Of a stretch of DNA of 64,000 nucleotides, positions 49,859 through 62,829 are shown in pieces. Numbering within the stretch: the stretch's first letter is position 1; each line of letters begins with the position of its first letter. The stretch comes from Octopus sinensis (Eukaryota): assembly GCF_006345805.1 (NCBI RefSeq), contig NC_042999.1:171430001-171494000 (forward strand), in the 5' to 3' direction. Position numbers and translations under genes: made by a program. The notes below the pieces were generated by a model. It saw only the letters and a list, made by a program, of their open reading frames with translations. It searched no databases and was not told the DNA's origin.

Positions 49859-50382
49859 TATATAAATGCACACAGTGAATGAGAGAGAAAGAGTATGTGT
49901 CAGAGTGTGCGCGAGGGAGAGTGAGAGCGAGAGAGACATGTATGCATACATATACAAATATAAATAAATAGATACATCTATATATACACAAACATATATA
50001 TAAATGCAGGCAAATCTGTGTTTGCGTCTAAATATATATTTATGGCCATGTACCTCTCTGTATGCGTAATGTAATATCAAAAGCGTACATATATACAAAA
50101 CGATAAGACAATTTAAATATAGATAATGTACAGGCATTTTATTATAAATCAGAATTCAATCATTTTGTAACAAGTATGTTTGGACGTATGTGAATATCTA
50201 TATATTTATATACGCACGTATATGTGTGTACGTATGTTTGTCTGTGTGTACGTATGTTTGTCTGTGTGTACGGGTATGTATGTGTGTGTGTATTCATGTA
50301 TGTTCGTATGAACGTATATCTTTCTACATACAATACATTTGCATGTATGTAAGTAACTATATACAATTTATCAATGTTTGTT

Positions 50383-50388
50383 TTTATT
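50383..50388 (-). promoter_or_regulatory. Candidate polyadenylation signal (AATAAA) of ALT-like copy 2
   Basis: Same position relative to the stop codon as in copy 1. Confidence 0.5.
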
Positions 50389-50435
50389 GAAAAGTATGAA
50401 TAACAACATAAATGCTTACAGTAAATAGATTGCTT

Positions 50436-51764
50436 TTAAGCAATCAAAGATTGTATAAATTTTTGATGAAATTGTCTTATTTTCTCCAGTTGCTCATGGA
50501 GTGTTATTTGATCGAGTGGAAATGTAAATTTAAAATGCATACTGTCAGGATTTTCACCAAAGACTTTACCAGGAACAACATAAATACCTGTAGTTGCGTA
50601 TAGTTCACAGCAGTAATTTTCCTCGAGATCCAAAGCCTCATTTTCATCAGTAATCCACCGACTTGGAAACAGTAATTTAGGAAAAGCACAATGGCCAGCA
50701 AATACCTGGCTGCAACTCATATAAGGCTGTAAGTTAAAAAAGTCAACGGTAATTTCAGCTAAATTTCCGAGTAGTTCTATGAAGTTGTGTCTTTCATTTT
50801 CGAATTTTGTAAATGAAGGGTATTTTCTTACATATTTTGGTGCTAGAAAAAGACTTAAGTAGATTTGATGAATAGAAGCTGGGGAAGTAAAGGTAAGGTT
50901 GCCGTATGTTGTGGTCAACTTATCCATTCGTAAGCTATCAATGTAACTTATCTGCATACCTTTGTCACCCTGTGGACTTCGAGCTGACGAAAACAAGCAC
51001 ATTAATTGCACGGATTTGTAAATTTCATCCTTTTGTATGAGTGCTTTCCTGGATGATAAAAATTTGTTTTTTCTATAAACATCCATTTGTAAATTTTCTA
51101 TTGCTATAAGCACAATGCCATGATTTTTGGCCACACGGAAAAATATCTCCAGTTCTTTTTCCGAATATAGGTGACCTGTTGGATATCCCGGATTCTCCAA
51201 AAATATACAATGTATCTTGCAATGAGATCCTTCTAGAGCTTTCACAAGTGCTTCTTCTTCAATTGTCCATTGATCAGCAGCTTCTGTCAGATAATAGGGG
51301 ACAGGCAAAAACCCACATATTTCGACTGCTTCCTGAATAATAGGTGATGAGGGATAAGGAATTAGAATACCATAACCACTATTCATATGAGCACCTATGA
51401 AAAATTCTAAGATATTATTCAATAATGACCCTTCATTCGTGTCAACGAGAACCTCTTCATCTTCTTCTATATTCAAGGCACCATCTCGCTCTAAAATATA
51501 ATCTACGACATCCTTTCTTATGAAATCATCGCCAATGGTCTCCGAATAAATGCCAACACCATTTCCTGCAAAATTACTTAAGTAATGTTTTGCCAGTTGT
51601 TTTGCCTCATCAGAAAAGTTACTAGATACTAAAAGATCTGAATTTAAGCAGAGCACGATGATCTCCTTTAAATAACTATATTGAATATTATCCTCCATTT
51701 GCAGGATAGTATCAAATTTCGATCTGTGTTCAAAGTACTTCTCTTTCTGAGAAACAGAATCCAT
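50436..51764 (-). CDS. Alanine aminotransferase (GPT/ALT)-derived protein, copy 2; single exon, 442 aa, predicted catalytically dead
   Basis: EIIVLCLNSDLLVSSNFSDEAK..GIYS..G..IRKDVVDYILERDG aligns with ALT QVLALCVNPDLLSSPNFPDDAK..GAYS..G..IREDVARYIERRDG, and the rest is colinear. The ORF-track start at 51827 is TTG; the first ATG is at 51764. The PLP-lysine position is Arg (CGA, 50979-50981). Confidence 0.9.
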   Translation of the reverse strand: MDSVSQKEKYFEHRSKFDTILQMEDNIQYSYLKEIIVLCLNSDLLVSSNFSDEAKQLAKHYLSNFAGNGVGIYSETIGDDFIRKDVVDYILERDGALNIEEDEEVLVDTNEGSLLNNILEFFIGAHMNSGYGILIPYPSSPIIQEAVEICGFLPVPYYLTEAADQWTIEEEALVKALEGSHCKIHCIFLENPGYPTGHLYSEKELEIFFRVAKNHGIVLIAIENLQMDVYRKNKFLSSRKALIQKDEIYKSVQLMCLFSSARSPQGDKGMQISYIDSLRMDKLTTTYGNLTFTSPASIHQIYLSLFLAPKYVRKYPSFTKFENERHNFIELLGNLAEITVDFFNLQPYMSCSQVFAGHCAFPKLLFPSRWITDENEALDLEENYCCELYATTGIYVVPGKVFGENPDSMHFKFTFPLDQITLHEQLEKIRQFHQKFIQSLIA

Positions 51765-52123
51765 GATGTAGGAAGTTCCAATCGCCCGACCAGTTGCTGT
51801 AATGTATTTGTTAAAATATTCTCCCAATTTCAGTCTTATCTCTTACGAGATTTTGTACTGAAATAAATCTTTGACGCCGTTCCTTCTTGGGCGTTTTATA
51901 TATATGCGTTGATATTTTATTCATGTTTAAAGCGGTTAATAATGCATAATGTATTCTCGAGCAGGGGTGTGGGTACTTATCACAAAAGCATGATACGACA
52001 AAACAATTTTCGAATCAAGCAGTATCTACCTCTTACACTGCCAATAAGATTCGTCACGTATACACAAACACACACACATACCTGTATGTATATATATATA
52101 GATATATATATATATATATTTAT

Positions 52124-52158
<35 letters not shown>

Positions 52159-52185
52159 CATATGTGTGTGTGTGTGTATAGAAAT

Positions 52186-52376
52186 ACAGTAATCCCCCGC
52201 CTATATCGCGGTTCACCTATCGCATGATGCTGTTTTGTATTTCTAATAAAATAAATATATATACAAATAATAAAAAAAAATTAAAATATCCAGTGCACAA
52301 TTGTTACTACTTCGCAGATTTTCCCCTATCATTGGGTGTTTGGGAACGTAAAACCCGCGATAGTCAAGCTATTGTT

Positions 52377-52378
<2 letters not shown>
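52186..52378. mobile_element. Tc1/mariner (Tigger-type) MITE, degenerate
   Basis: Begins TA-CAGTAATCCCCCG..ATCGCGG and ends CCCGCGATAG..TTGTTG-TA; the TIRs are imperfect. Confidence 0.5.
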
Positions 52379-52407
<29 letters not shown>

Positions 52408-53861
52408 AATAATTGAGATTCAGTTGAAATAGGTACTTACGTTGAAGCACCAACTCAGTTCGGTATTATCCGTACAGTTCGAAGTAAGGTGAATAAAATC
52501 AAAATAAGCATCAAAATATCAAGTAGCAATGCTGTACGAGCGTTTCAAGCAGCTCCTTATTATGTATATTTGTAGTGACTTTATGTAAATAAGTCTCCTT
52601 TTGAGTAAATTATATACCCACTAGAAAATATAAAATCATACACACAATAGCACCTGTAACATTACAACTCTTCGATCTGAATACCTTGAACTTCCCTCAA
52701 TACCTCCATACTTACTAGCCCCTTTTCCCGGGTTACCTTTATCTTTTCCCTACCTCAAATTTTAATCCCCTGTCTCCTTAAATGTAGGTTATACGTATTT
52801 CTTATTATTTTCTATAAATTCTAATTATTTCGTTTTCTTATTCTGATATCCTTACCTATTAACCGTTCATCCCGTATAAATTGTTACTGTTCTTCAATAG
52901 ATATTTTTCAGTTACTTAAGTCTATGCGAGATGGTTATACTATATCCATATAAACGTATAAATATTTGTGTATGTGTATATGTTCATGTGTGCACATATA
53001 TAACTGTGTATCTGTACACATCTTTATTTTTTCTGATTTATGGCTTAAAATTTATATATAGATAGGGTGTTAATCTTTCCAGTTATTCCATACGTCAATG
53101 CCCTGAGCTGTCTTTATAGAAACCACCTACTAAGTAATTAATTAAGTACATAGATGAATGTTCAACTGATTCTATGAGATCTTTCATTTTTAATGTTTAT
53201 AATTGATATATATACACTCATTTTACCTATTTTGGTTATGATATTTTTGAAAATCTTAAATTTATTTTATACAACATAATATTTGTTACATTTTTGCCCA
53301 CAAGGGGCTAAACTTCCTAGTTTTCTTAGCGTTTTACCCCTTTACCTGGTAATTAACATCATGATTTTTATAGACAGTTACGTTAGATGCAATTGACTAC
53401 TCCTAAGGTATTCTTTCCTCCCCAAGGAAAATGGATACATATGACAATAAATATGACCATACCTAGCCATGAGCTGTCAACTCGCTCTTGTCCTGTACTG
53501 AAAACAGAAACAGTCTTCTAGTCTTAAATTTAGTAGTTGATGAAGAAATAAAGGAATTAGAAATAAATTACAATCCTTTCAAAGCTATGACCCGAATGGG
53601 TATCATACGATTCTTGGAAGTGTGGTTTATTCTTAGATAGAATAGCGTCAACAAGAATTTCTTCCATCATCTTGTTCTGTTAAAGTATTTGTGAAAAATT
53701 ATGTTAATGTGTCCGACTGGTTAAATGTATTTATTTATTTGTGCAGTTGAAAATGGTATTGCATGTAAACTGATGTAATGATTCCATTGTTCAATGAAAT
53801 GGAGTCGCTTGACACGGTCTTACTGCATCACTACTTGATAACCTGTTGCATGTTTTGATTA

Positions 53862-53905
<44 letters not shown>

Positions 53906-54727
53906 ATGTGTGTCTCTGCGTGTGCGTGTGTGTATGTATATATATATATATATGTGTGTGCCTGTTTGTATTTATGCATGTATGTATTACATGCGTGTAC
54001 CTATAAACAGAAATGTCAACGCACATTATACAATCACAGGAATAAACACTCAAAGCATTGAACCGAAGAGAGATTTATTGTATTTTATGTCAGTGTCACT
54101 TGCAGTTGTGATGCGTTCTGCATTTAAATAATTACATTACATTAGACCTAATAAATTACAGGTTTATAATGAGATATGATTTTGACTTTAAATACCACCA
54201 TTCATTGTATATTTATTGTGCGTATGTTTGCACAGCTTTGAATGTTAAACATGTTTTCTGGAACTTAACTCAGTTTGTTTACAAAAAAAAAAAAAGAAAA
54301 ATCAAACATATTTTTCTAAATTACAGTATCTGGCAGAATTTCTTTTCTCTACGTATATAATCTTAAACCATAATCAAATTCAGTTCGATTCATCTCAGCT
54401 GCTATTAAATGTGGCTTTAGAAAACATACAACTGCCAAAGTTAGAGATATTCAGTAGAATATTTTGTTTCACGTAGCGTTGTCTTCATTGCATTTTCTTA
54501 TATTATTGTAAAAGTTATTTTTTGAAGTACTTTCGTAGCAAATAACGGATTAAACAGAAGATTTTATTTTATAAACGTAACAAAGTTAAATACAGTCTGT
54601 CACATACACAGACACAGACACATACACATGCATAGATGAATACAATGATTAATTGAATTCAAACAAACATATATATGTCTATTTTGTTTGTGAGTTTGCG
54701 AGCGTGTGTTTGTGTGTGTGTGTGCGT

Positions 54728-54768
<41 letters not shown>

Positions 54769-54999
54769 CAAACATATGTAGCAGAACAAACATACATCGT
54801 AAATTCAAATATTTCTCCATAGACTATTAAATAGAAGTCATAATCAACTTTTGAAACTCATTTGGTTGTTAGATAAGTATGTATGTATGTCTCTTCTAGT
54901 TTTTTTGATTACTATAAATCACCTACTGAGGAGGGAGCCGGTTTTCAACGAAGATACTAGTCTCCATCGTTGGGATGAAATTAACAAAGACTTAATTCT

Positions 55000-55500
55000 C
55001 ATCAGCAGACCTTAACGCATAGTTTAAACTCAACTTCCTTTGTCAGCCTTATAACAAAACCATTGAAAACATTTGTTGGTTTTCAAAACGATAACAGTTG
55101 AGTTTATCTCCAGTCATTAAGAGCCACTGATGAGAATTAAGGTGAGCTACGCCAAAATTCGAAATCGCGAAAGGGCTATATACGCTAGGGACTTACCTGC
55201 CTTAGTCAGTCATTAAGTATAGTGCTTTAGTGGCTATGTAGCTAATTTAACTCTTATTTCAGCAGAAGTGTAAAACGGAAAAGGAAAATATTTGATGCCA
55301 CTACATCTGTTATTAAAAGTTTGGTTATTAGAGGGATTATATATTAATTTATCCTTAAAGCCACAATTCACTAGGGCCTTGTATGTAGGTAGACATTCAC
55401 TTGCTCTCTCCCACAAATTTAATGCTCTCAGCTTAGACTTTTGGTGCCAGCCAGGTTTGAGCAGTCTGAAGCGTAATCGGCCGAAACTGTAAGGAGGATT
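55000..55500 (-). mobile_element. Penelope-like remnant (RT to GIY-YIG linker)
   Basis: PTYKALVNCGFKDKLIYNP...IKYFPFPF resembles the PLE Y..AL..SGY...L.Y...IIWFNPP linker. Confidence 0.5.
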
Positions 55501-55879
55501 AGGAAACATGACTGATGAGAGAAAATTGCGAATGATTGGTCCTTGTTTTTTTCCTGTCCGTTCTTGTATCGTCAATATGTCCGGATCTCTGATTGTCTAC
55601 TGTTGCGTTCTTGTTCCATTTTAGGGATATATATATATACATAAACAGAGGATAGATGGATAAATTTGTCACCATGGGTTGGTTTTGATTCTATCGACTC
55701 ACACACAGTATATTAGGGTCAGTTAATCTCACCATCTGTGAGAAAAACAGCAGCGTGAAACAATTCACTCTGCAAGAAATTTCGAAACCACATACTGTAC
55801 TACTTGGTATTCGGGCTGGAAGATTCAATATCAACAGATGGTGAACGCACAGAACAAACGTTCGTTTGCCCTGTCGTCA

Positions 55880-56270
55880 AAACGTGTACTGAGAGTGTTC
55901 ATAAAATATGCAGTTAAGATCATTGTGTTTGGAGTGATTACTAGTGATTGCAGCGTTACCCCTCCTCTCATTTTCCCACACTGCCTCATACTCAACAAGG
56001 AGGCCTACATCAAGTCCCTGGAAGAGGTAGTACTGCCCTGGGTCAGGAGGGCGTCTGCTGGAAGACCCTATATCTGGCAACAGGACTCTGCACCATGCCA
56101 CACTGCCAGGAGAACCCAGTCGAGTGTGTCAGACAATTTTTGGGACTACATAATCCATAACATCTGGCCACATAATCCTCCAGACTGCACCTACTTGATT
56201 ATCATGTGTCGTGCGCAATTGAGCGACAGACAAAGAACACTCCATGTAATACTAAAGATGAACTCTCAGA
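55880..56270 (+). mobile_element. Tc1/mariner (maT-like) transposase fragment
   Basis: IVFGVITSD..PPLIFP...LNKEAYI..LE.VVLPW...GRPYIWQQDSAPCHT..TQ...NIWP.N.PDC. Confidence 0.8.
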
Positions 56271-56546
56271 TTGTATTACCTTCTAGCCTTAGTGTATTCC
56301 GATTTTAGCCTGGTGCTGGCGCGATAGGGGAGTGCCTGAAATATGTATACACACACACACACTCACACACACAGATATATATATATAATATATATCTATA
56401 TATACACATGTATATATACATACATATATACTTATGTACATACACATACATACATTTATATATCCACACATATACATGTAAATACATGTATATATGCTTA
56501 TATATATGTATATATATATATATACATACACACACACACACATACA

Positions 56547-56594
<48 letters not shown>

Positions 56595-56597
<3 letters not shown>

Positions 56598-56670
56598 AAG
56601 CACTCCGTCGGTTACGACGACGAGGGTTCCGGTTGATCCAAATCAACGGAACAGCCTGCTCGTGAAATTA
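56595..56670 (+). mobile_element. Short SINE-like fragment
   Basis: GC-rich ggaagcactccgtcggttacgacgacgagggttccggttgatcc next to a (TA)n tract; family assigned from resemblance only. Confidence 0.4.
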
Positions 56671-56966
56671 ATTTTGTTGTGTCTTGTAACCTTTTCAATA
56701 GTCTTGACTATTAAAAAGGTTGCAAGACACAACGAAAATTATATATATATATACACATACATATGTATTAAAGTCATCTTATGTTGAAAGTAAACAAAGA
56801 TTATTTTTGAAGCGTTAAAATGTATAGGAAGATACAGATAAGGAAATAATTTTATTCTCAGACACAGTATAATGCTAATAATATACCATTATCTCGCGTT
56901 TGAGAATAAATTTGTTTTTCTTTATCTGAAAATGTCAATACGCACACGCACACGCACATATATACA

Positions 56967-57081
<115 letters not shown>

Positions 57082-57369
57082 TCTCTGAGCGAGGTATAAA
57101 CAGTAGCTGCACGACATTGTGATGTACATTTGTCACTTAAATGTATATAACCCTTAAGGCTGGATGCTACTGTAGCTCGTAGCCCCAGGAGGACACCTTC
57201 AATTGGGTATTCACACACTTTCTGTGCCCTATCAGTATTTGCAATGCTACACACGGACTCGAGTTTCTGGGTATTGACCCGCAATCACCGTGTGACACTC
57301 ACCGGTTGTCGATGAAATGTAGGTTCCCTTTGCAAATATATATCCTTTTTCCAGTAACGAAAAGTTACT

Positions 57370-57441
57370 GATATCGAAAAAGTGTAAACAAGCAACCTCG
57401 CACAGAGATTTATTATTGCTTGTTTACACTTTTTCGATATC
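57370..57441. repeat. Perfect 26-bp inverted repeat with a 20-nt spacer
   Basis: GATATCGAAAAAGTGTAAACAAGCAA (57370-57395) and its exact reverse complement (57416-57441). Confidence 0.95.
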
Positions 57442-57444
57442 TGT

Positions 57445-58560
57445 GACGAGAAGCAGTTGAAGGAATGAACAAGTTCGGCCAGGCGAAGAAGTGTGGACGT
57501 GTCAGGTTAGGGTTTGGGTCGAAGGTCTGGGAAGTGTTTGAGGTCAAGAAGTTCTTCGTTGTGTAGGATCACCATATAGAGACTCTTGATATCAAGAGTG
57601 AAGAGAAGTTTAGAGGGGCCAGGAAGAAAGGAAGGAAGGAGAAAGAGTTGAAAAGACGAAGGCATGGTTAGTGTCGTGGATGTGTGAGGGGAGGGAGGCC
57701 ACTAGTGAGGCAAGTACACGGTCAAGGTGTTTCGAGTTCATTTCCGTGGGGCAGTTACAAGCGGAGACGATGGGGCGGCCAGGTTTCTTGAGCTGGTGGA
57801 TTTTGGAAAGGAAGTAAATGGTAGGGGCACGAGGAGTGCGGACGATGTGGTTGGAGGCATTGGGAGGGAGACGGGAGGAGGAGATGAGGTCATGTTTATT
57901 TGAGGACACAGCCTGTTGGTAGCTAGGCATGGGCTTGGAGGGCAGAGAGCAATAGAAGGTGTCCTGAAGTTGGTGGAGAGCTTCAGCCTTGTAGAGGTCT
58001 ACGCCCCACATCACTAAGGCTACACAGTTGTCGGCCGATTATATGACAATGCTTTTGCGGCGTCGGAAACATCGAAGGGCCGAGATTTCGGCTAGGGAGA
58101 TGATCAGATGTAGAGGACATCTGCGAATGTTAAACTGTTGTTACCATTACTCCTGATCTTCTCCTCTCTGAAGCGGAGCAATCCAGTAACGAATTTCAGA
58201 CCCGTGCTGATATTCATAGTTTTGTGCGCCGTGTCAGATTATATGCACTGTTCCACAACACTACACTTGCATCCAACGAAGAGGACTGTCTAGCCGACCT
58301 GGGCCGCCGACCATCCCACTAGACGCCAGCTCCTGTCTAGTTCCAAGCAGTCGATCATTTTGCGGGTATCTGCAGTAAATGACGTTGCTAGAAGTGCAGG
58401 TAAGGAAGTCGGTGGTATGATAGGGACAATGATGGGAGCCTGTGAGGATGGTGGTGTTGTTGATGTAGGGGCAAGTGCGGCCCGCGTGGGCGGGAGCAGA
58501 GGAACGAACCAGGTTGGAAGGTGGGGTTACGGAAGAAAATCCTTGGTACAGTGTTATATA
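57445..58560 (-). mobile_element. Penelope-like element, RT N-terminal fragment
   Basis: YFLSKIHQLKKPGRPIVSACNCPTEMNSKHLD..LASLVASLPSHIHDTNHA matches the PLE LPKIHK..PGRPIVS..CPT..S..LD motif; SIVI.SAD (IKPADK-like) lies upstream. Confidence 0.85.
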
Positions 58561-59234
58561 TTCGAAAAAATGAGTAGAAAAGGCTTTTTTTTATTATTTT
58601 TCCAGTATAATACTGGGATGTTAAACAAATGAGACTCAGTTTTGAAACTGATAATTTAGAGATTACGTTGTGTTTAAGTAGTGAGTGTTTAATTACAAAC
58701 ATTTCAGAAGAGATACAAAAGGGGGAAATAGGGAAATTTCGGCCAGTAGAGAAGATAGAGTCAGCCTGTAGCTGACTTTATACCAAATCTGGCTGGCGCT
58801 TGTTTGGATGTGAGAGCAATATTCTATTGCGTATTTCATGCAAACTTTATTGAGCATCAATTATTAAGGTAATATCTTCTTGTCTTGAGTCGTTATGTTG
58901 TGCCTATGTGAAGAGTACGGTGTTTCCTCTTGGAAGATTCACGGATTATGATGGTATCCAATTCTGAGAGCCCTTGACAGATGGATTTGAGTGATGTTTA
59001 TGATTGAAAGGTATGTAGTGCGATGTTTTCTTCATGCGAGCAGCGTTTTGTTTTCTGTTATTGAAAAAATAAATCACCAAACAAAGCAAAACAAAATTGA
59101 CATAATCCCCATTTACCCATTTGTTAGTGAGTTGAAATGCTTTAGAAACTCAATATCATGCATTGTTTTCTGTGGTATTTTACTTTTGCTGTTTCAAAAA
59201 TGAAAAATCAAAGATTTAATGACGGTTGAAAATT

Positions 59235-59380
59235 GTGGCAGGTAACACGATCACATCAACCCCAGTGTTCAACTAGTACATATTTTATCGGCTCCGAAGG
59301 ATGAAACACATACTCGACCTAGGTGGAATTTGAACTTAGAAAACGTAAATACGGACGCAATACCGATAAACATTTAGTCT
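59235..59380 (-). mobile_element. SINE family 3, degenerate copy
   Basis: tcgacct.ggtggaatttgaact is the reverse complement of the head at 47515-47712. Confidence 0.5.
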
Positions 59381-61816
59381 AGAGTGATAATGATTCTTCC
59401 ACCTCGCTGCCTTATATCTAGTTTCGATAATAAAAATGATCTGCCACCTTATGATAGTTTAATTCACTCAGTAGTTTTACTCGTACAAGTTATTGGCTTC
59501 ATGTCTATGAAACTGTTTTGTAAATATATGGTGTATAGTGACATGAATACTTTCCTCTGCTGCATTAACCATAAAACTGAAATTAGAGCCAACCAACATA
59601 AGATTGAAAACAGACTCTGAGCTGCAATCAACAATATATCTTTTGCGGCGCCGTACGTGCTGTATTAGTTTATTGATCTAAATGCGCGTTGTCTACATAT
59701 AATGATAGGCTTGTCAAGTTTCCTCAGTTAAAATAGGACCTTGAGATGAACTTTTATTTCATTGAAGGTATGTGAATGGAAGATAACATTTGCATTGATT
59801 CAGTATATATTCCAAAACCTTTGGCAGAATCACTTTATTAAAGGATTACGTGTTCTACATGATAACATGTCATCTGCACCTTTAATTTCTTGTATCAACA
59901 TCTAAACTACTATAAAATATTTCATATCTAATCCTTTCTCAGTAGAAAATCTGTTATAAAGAGCACCTTAGTAAAAGTTGTTAACGCCCAACAATAAGAT
60001 TGAGGAATAAAATATATCTTTGATATAATTGTATAAGCTCACTCAGAATTGAAATGGACAAATTTTGAATAATTGGATATTTAAATCAGTCAAGAGGTAT
60101 GGAGCACCAAACTTTCGCATTGACGCTTGTTATATGCATATAGGAGGATAGTAGGTATGTTGAGAGATATTATACCACCCCTAGAATAGGTTGAAGTATA
60201 ATAGAAGAACAACTATTGTAACACAGAAAGAGAATATTATTTAACTCCTCAGCTGAAACAGTTTGGAACTTTGAAAGAACTATCAATTGTTGATAGAAGC
60301 TAGTATTTTATAACTACATAATTTATTAACAACGGGGAGAGGAAATCCAATATCAACTAGAGTCGGATGATGAGATATCTAAAAAAAACAAAAAAAAAAA
60401 CAGAGCAATTTCGATAGCTTCGGATTTTTGTCAAATTACTACCTATGTGTAGGCAAATTATCTGGTATTATTTCTCACGCACATTAAAAATTCCCCCGAA
60501 GTGCCACTGAACTAATTAAAAAACTTCGTTTGAGGATGCTTGATTTTCACTTTAATTTATTTACTCTTCGTTGAACAGTACTACGCATTTTTGAAGGAAT
60601 AGGGAATTAAAATTTCTATAATTTGTTAGCCTTGCATCAAATACAATCTTTCATTTAATGAATATGTATATAATGAGGAAGTATAATTATCGATGATAAA
60701 TATTTTGAAAATGAAAATTAAATGTTTATAGAAAACAGATGAATATATTTCTGAAATTGAATATATTTCTATTCAAATATAATTTTAATTAGGATACTTC
60801 CACTTCGTTTACTTCTGCATCTAAAGAATATGCGTAGTTTAAATATTAGGCATATACACTGAAGAAAAAACTTATATGATGATATAATTTACATCATATT
60901 GACTCAGATCTCTGTGTATAACAAAAATAAAATTTTATAAATATTTGCATCAAATCTTATGTATTTCATTATTTATAATGACAGCGATATCGTAAGAAGA
61001 TTTAATTAACAACTTCGCGTTTTCCTGATTAGACTGTACATCACAGCACATATAAAGTGTAAACTTTTTACTAAAAACAAAAGAACCACCTTCCACTCGT
61101 GAAGCGTTCTCCTTGCATAAGACGTAACATTTATATACATTCACATAATACTTTTCTACGGCCACATAGAGCGAAGACTGATCTGATCAAATATATGATA
61201 TTGTTCATTTCTAAAGTAAAATCTTTCATTCTGAAATATATTTGATTAGTGATTTGTAACAATGTTTCAAAATAATCAAATCTTCATCAACATGCATGAA
61301 AACTTCTAGACTTGTTGGAATTTTTTTTATTTCGGGAGAAAGTAACGAAAAGTCTAATGTTTCTATTGTGAATAACTTTGAGCAAGGAAACGTTGTTTGA
61401 ACATCATAAGAATTCCGGTAATGTGAGAAATGAGACTAATTGTCTACAGTTTGGTTGATAACTGTAGATACGTGTTTCGACCTGATTAGCATTGCAGCTG
61501 CCCTAACATGAAATATGCACTGAAAATCAGTCATATACAAATACAGAAGCAAATATCCAAGTTCCGTGTGAATTGGCATAATTAGAAGGAGAATGAGGAA
61601 AGAGTATTAACTCGAATAGCTAGTGACGTGATGTTAAAGAGATTCTGTCTAAGAACATAGGATCGAAATGTAAAAAAAAAACTGTTCCATTTTCTCCGAG
61701 CGTCAAACTAATACCCATGCTTGTTGTTTCTACAGCTGTCTTCGTTTTTTGTTTTTCTATAAATATGAACTATACACACACACACACATACACACGCGCA
61801 CACATATATATGCATA

Positions 61817-61870
<54 letters not shown>

Positions 61871-62172
61871 TGTACACGTTTATCAATTTGTATTGCAAAA
61901 TTTCGGATGTGAACTCGTGTGTTAAAGCAGATATTGTATTTCGGAAGAGTAATTTTTTATGCCAGATAAACACACGCGCCATATACTCGTTCTTCCCTCG
62001 TTTATTACTGTTCTTATTCATTCTTATTTTAACTCGTGTCCATTGTCCGGAAATATTTCGTTACACATTTGTAACATCTTCAGCAACTCTTGGTTTTCGT
62101 GTGTGCTCTTGCTCCACTTACTCAATTATATTCGTCTAAGATGTGTATGTTTATGTGCGCATGCATTTGCAA

Positions 62173-62175
<3 letters not shown>

Positions 62176-62234
<59 letters not shown>

Positions 62235-62250
62235 TGTGTGTGTATGCTTG
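62176..62250. repeat. (TG)n microsatellite
   Basis: Directly visible. Confidence 0.95.
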
Positions 62251-62389
62251 TGTGTGTGTCACTGTTCTTAGCCGCTGTATGGCGTTCCGCTCAGCCCGTC
62301 CTCTCACTCCATTGTGCTGCTGCTGTCCTAAGACCCAAAATTTTGGTATAGTTCCTGTATCTCTCTGTGGCTGTGTGTTCGCCCACAGT

Positions 62390-62800
62390 GTTGATATCGT
62401 GGTAAATGTTGTTAACACAACTGGCAAATGCAAAATGTATTGTGAGAGGGGTGAAACGGCATAGCACATCGTTAGCGAATGCCCGAATTTGACACAACAC
62501 AAATACGAAAGACGACATGACAACGTGTCAAGAAAGATCCACTGGTAGCTCTGTGGATATCACGACCTGCAAACAGCAAAGAGGTGTTATGAGCAAACCC
62601 CAGAAGGAGTCATCGCGAATGAAAAATTGCAAAATCCTGTGAGCACATCTTAACAGAGTTCGGGAAACTGGACATTATTGTGGTGAATAAAAAGGAAAAC
62701 CATACATGATAATTGACATAGCATGTCCCGGTGACAGCAGGATGAACGAGAAAGAAGAAGAAAAATGAACAACTCTGACGATTGGAAATGGCAAATACTA
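62390..62800 (+). mobile_element. R4/Dong-like LINE C-terminal fragment (CCHC knuckle + restriction-like endonuclease)
   Basis: CKMYCERGETA.HIVSECPNLTQHKYERRHDNV.RKIHW, KIL, KLDIIVVNKKEN..IIDIACPGDSR..EKEEEK. Confidence 0.8.
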
Positions 62801-62829
62801 AGGGAATCAATTAGCTTTAGCATGAAGAG

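Noticed and set aside
60950-61165. 71-aa Cys/Tyr-containing ORF as a possible host exon
   Set aside because: No recognisable family and no convincing splice context; cannot be supported without a search.
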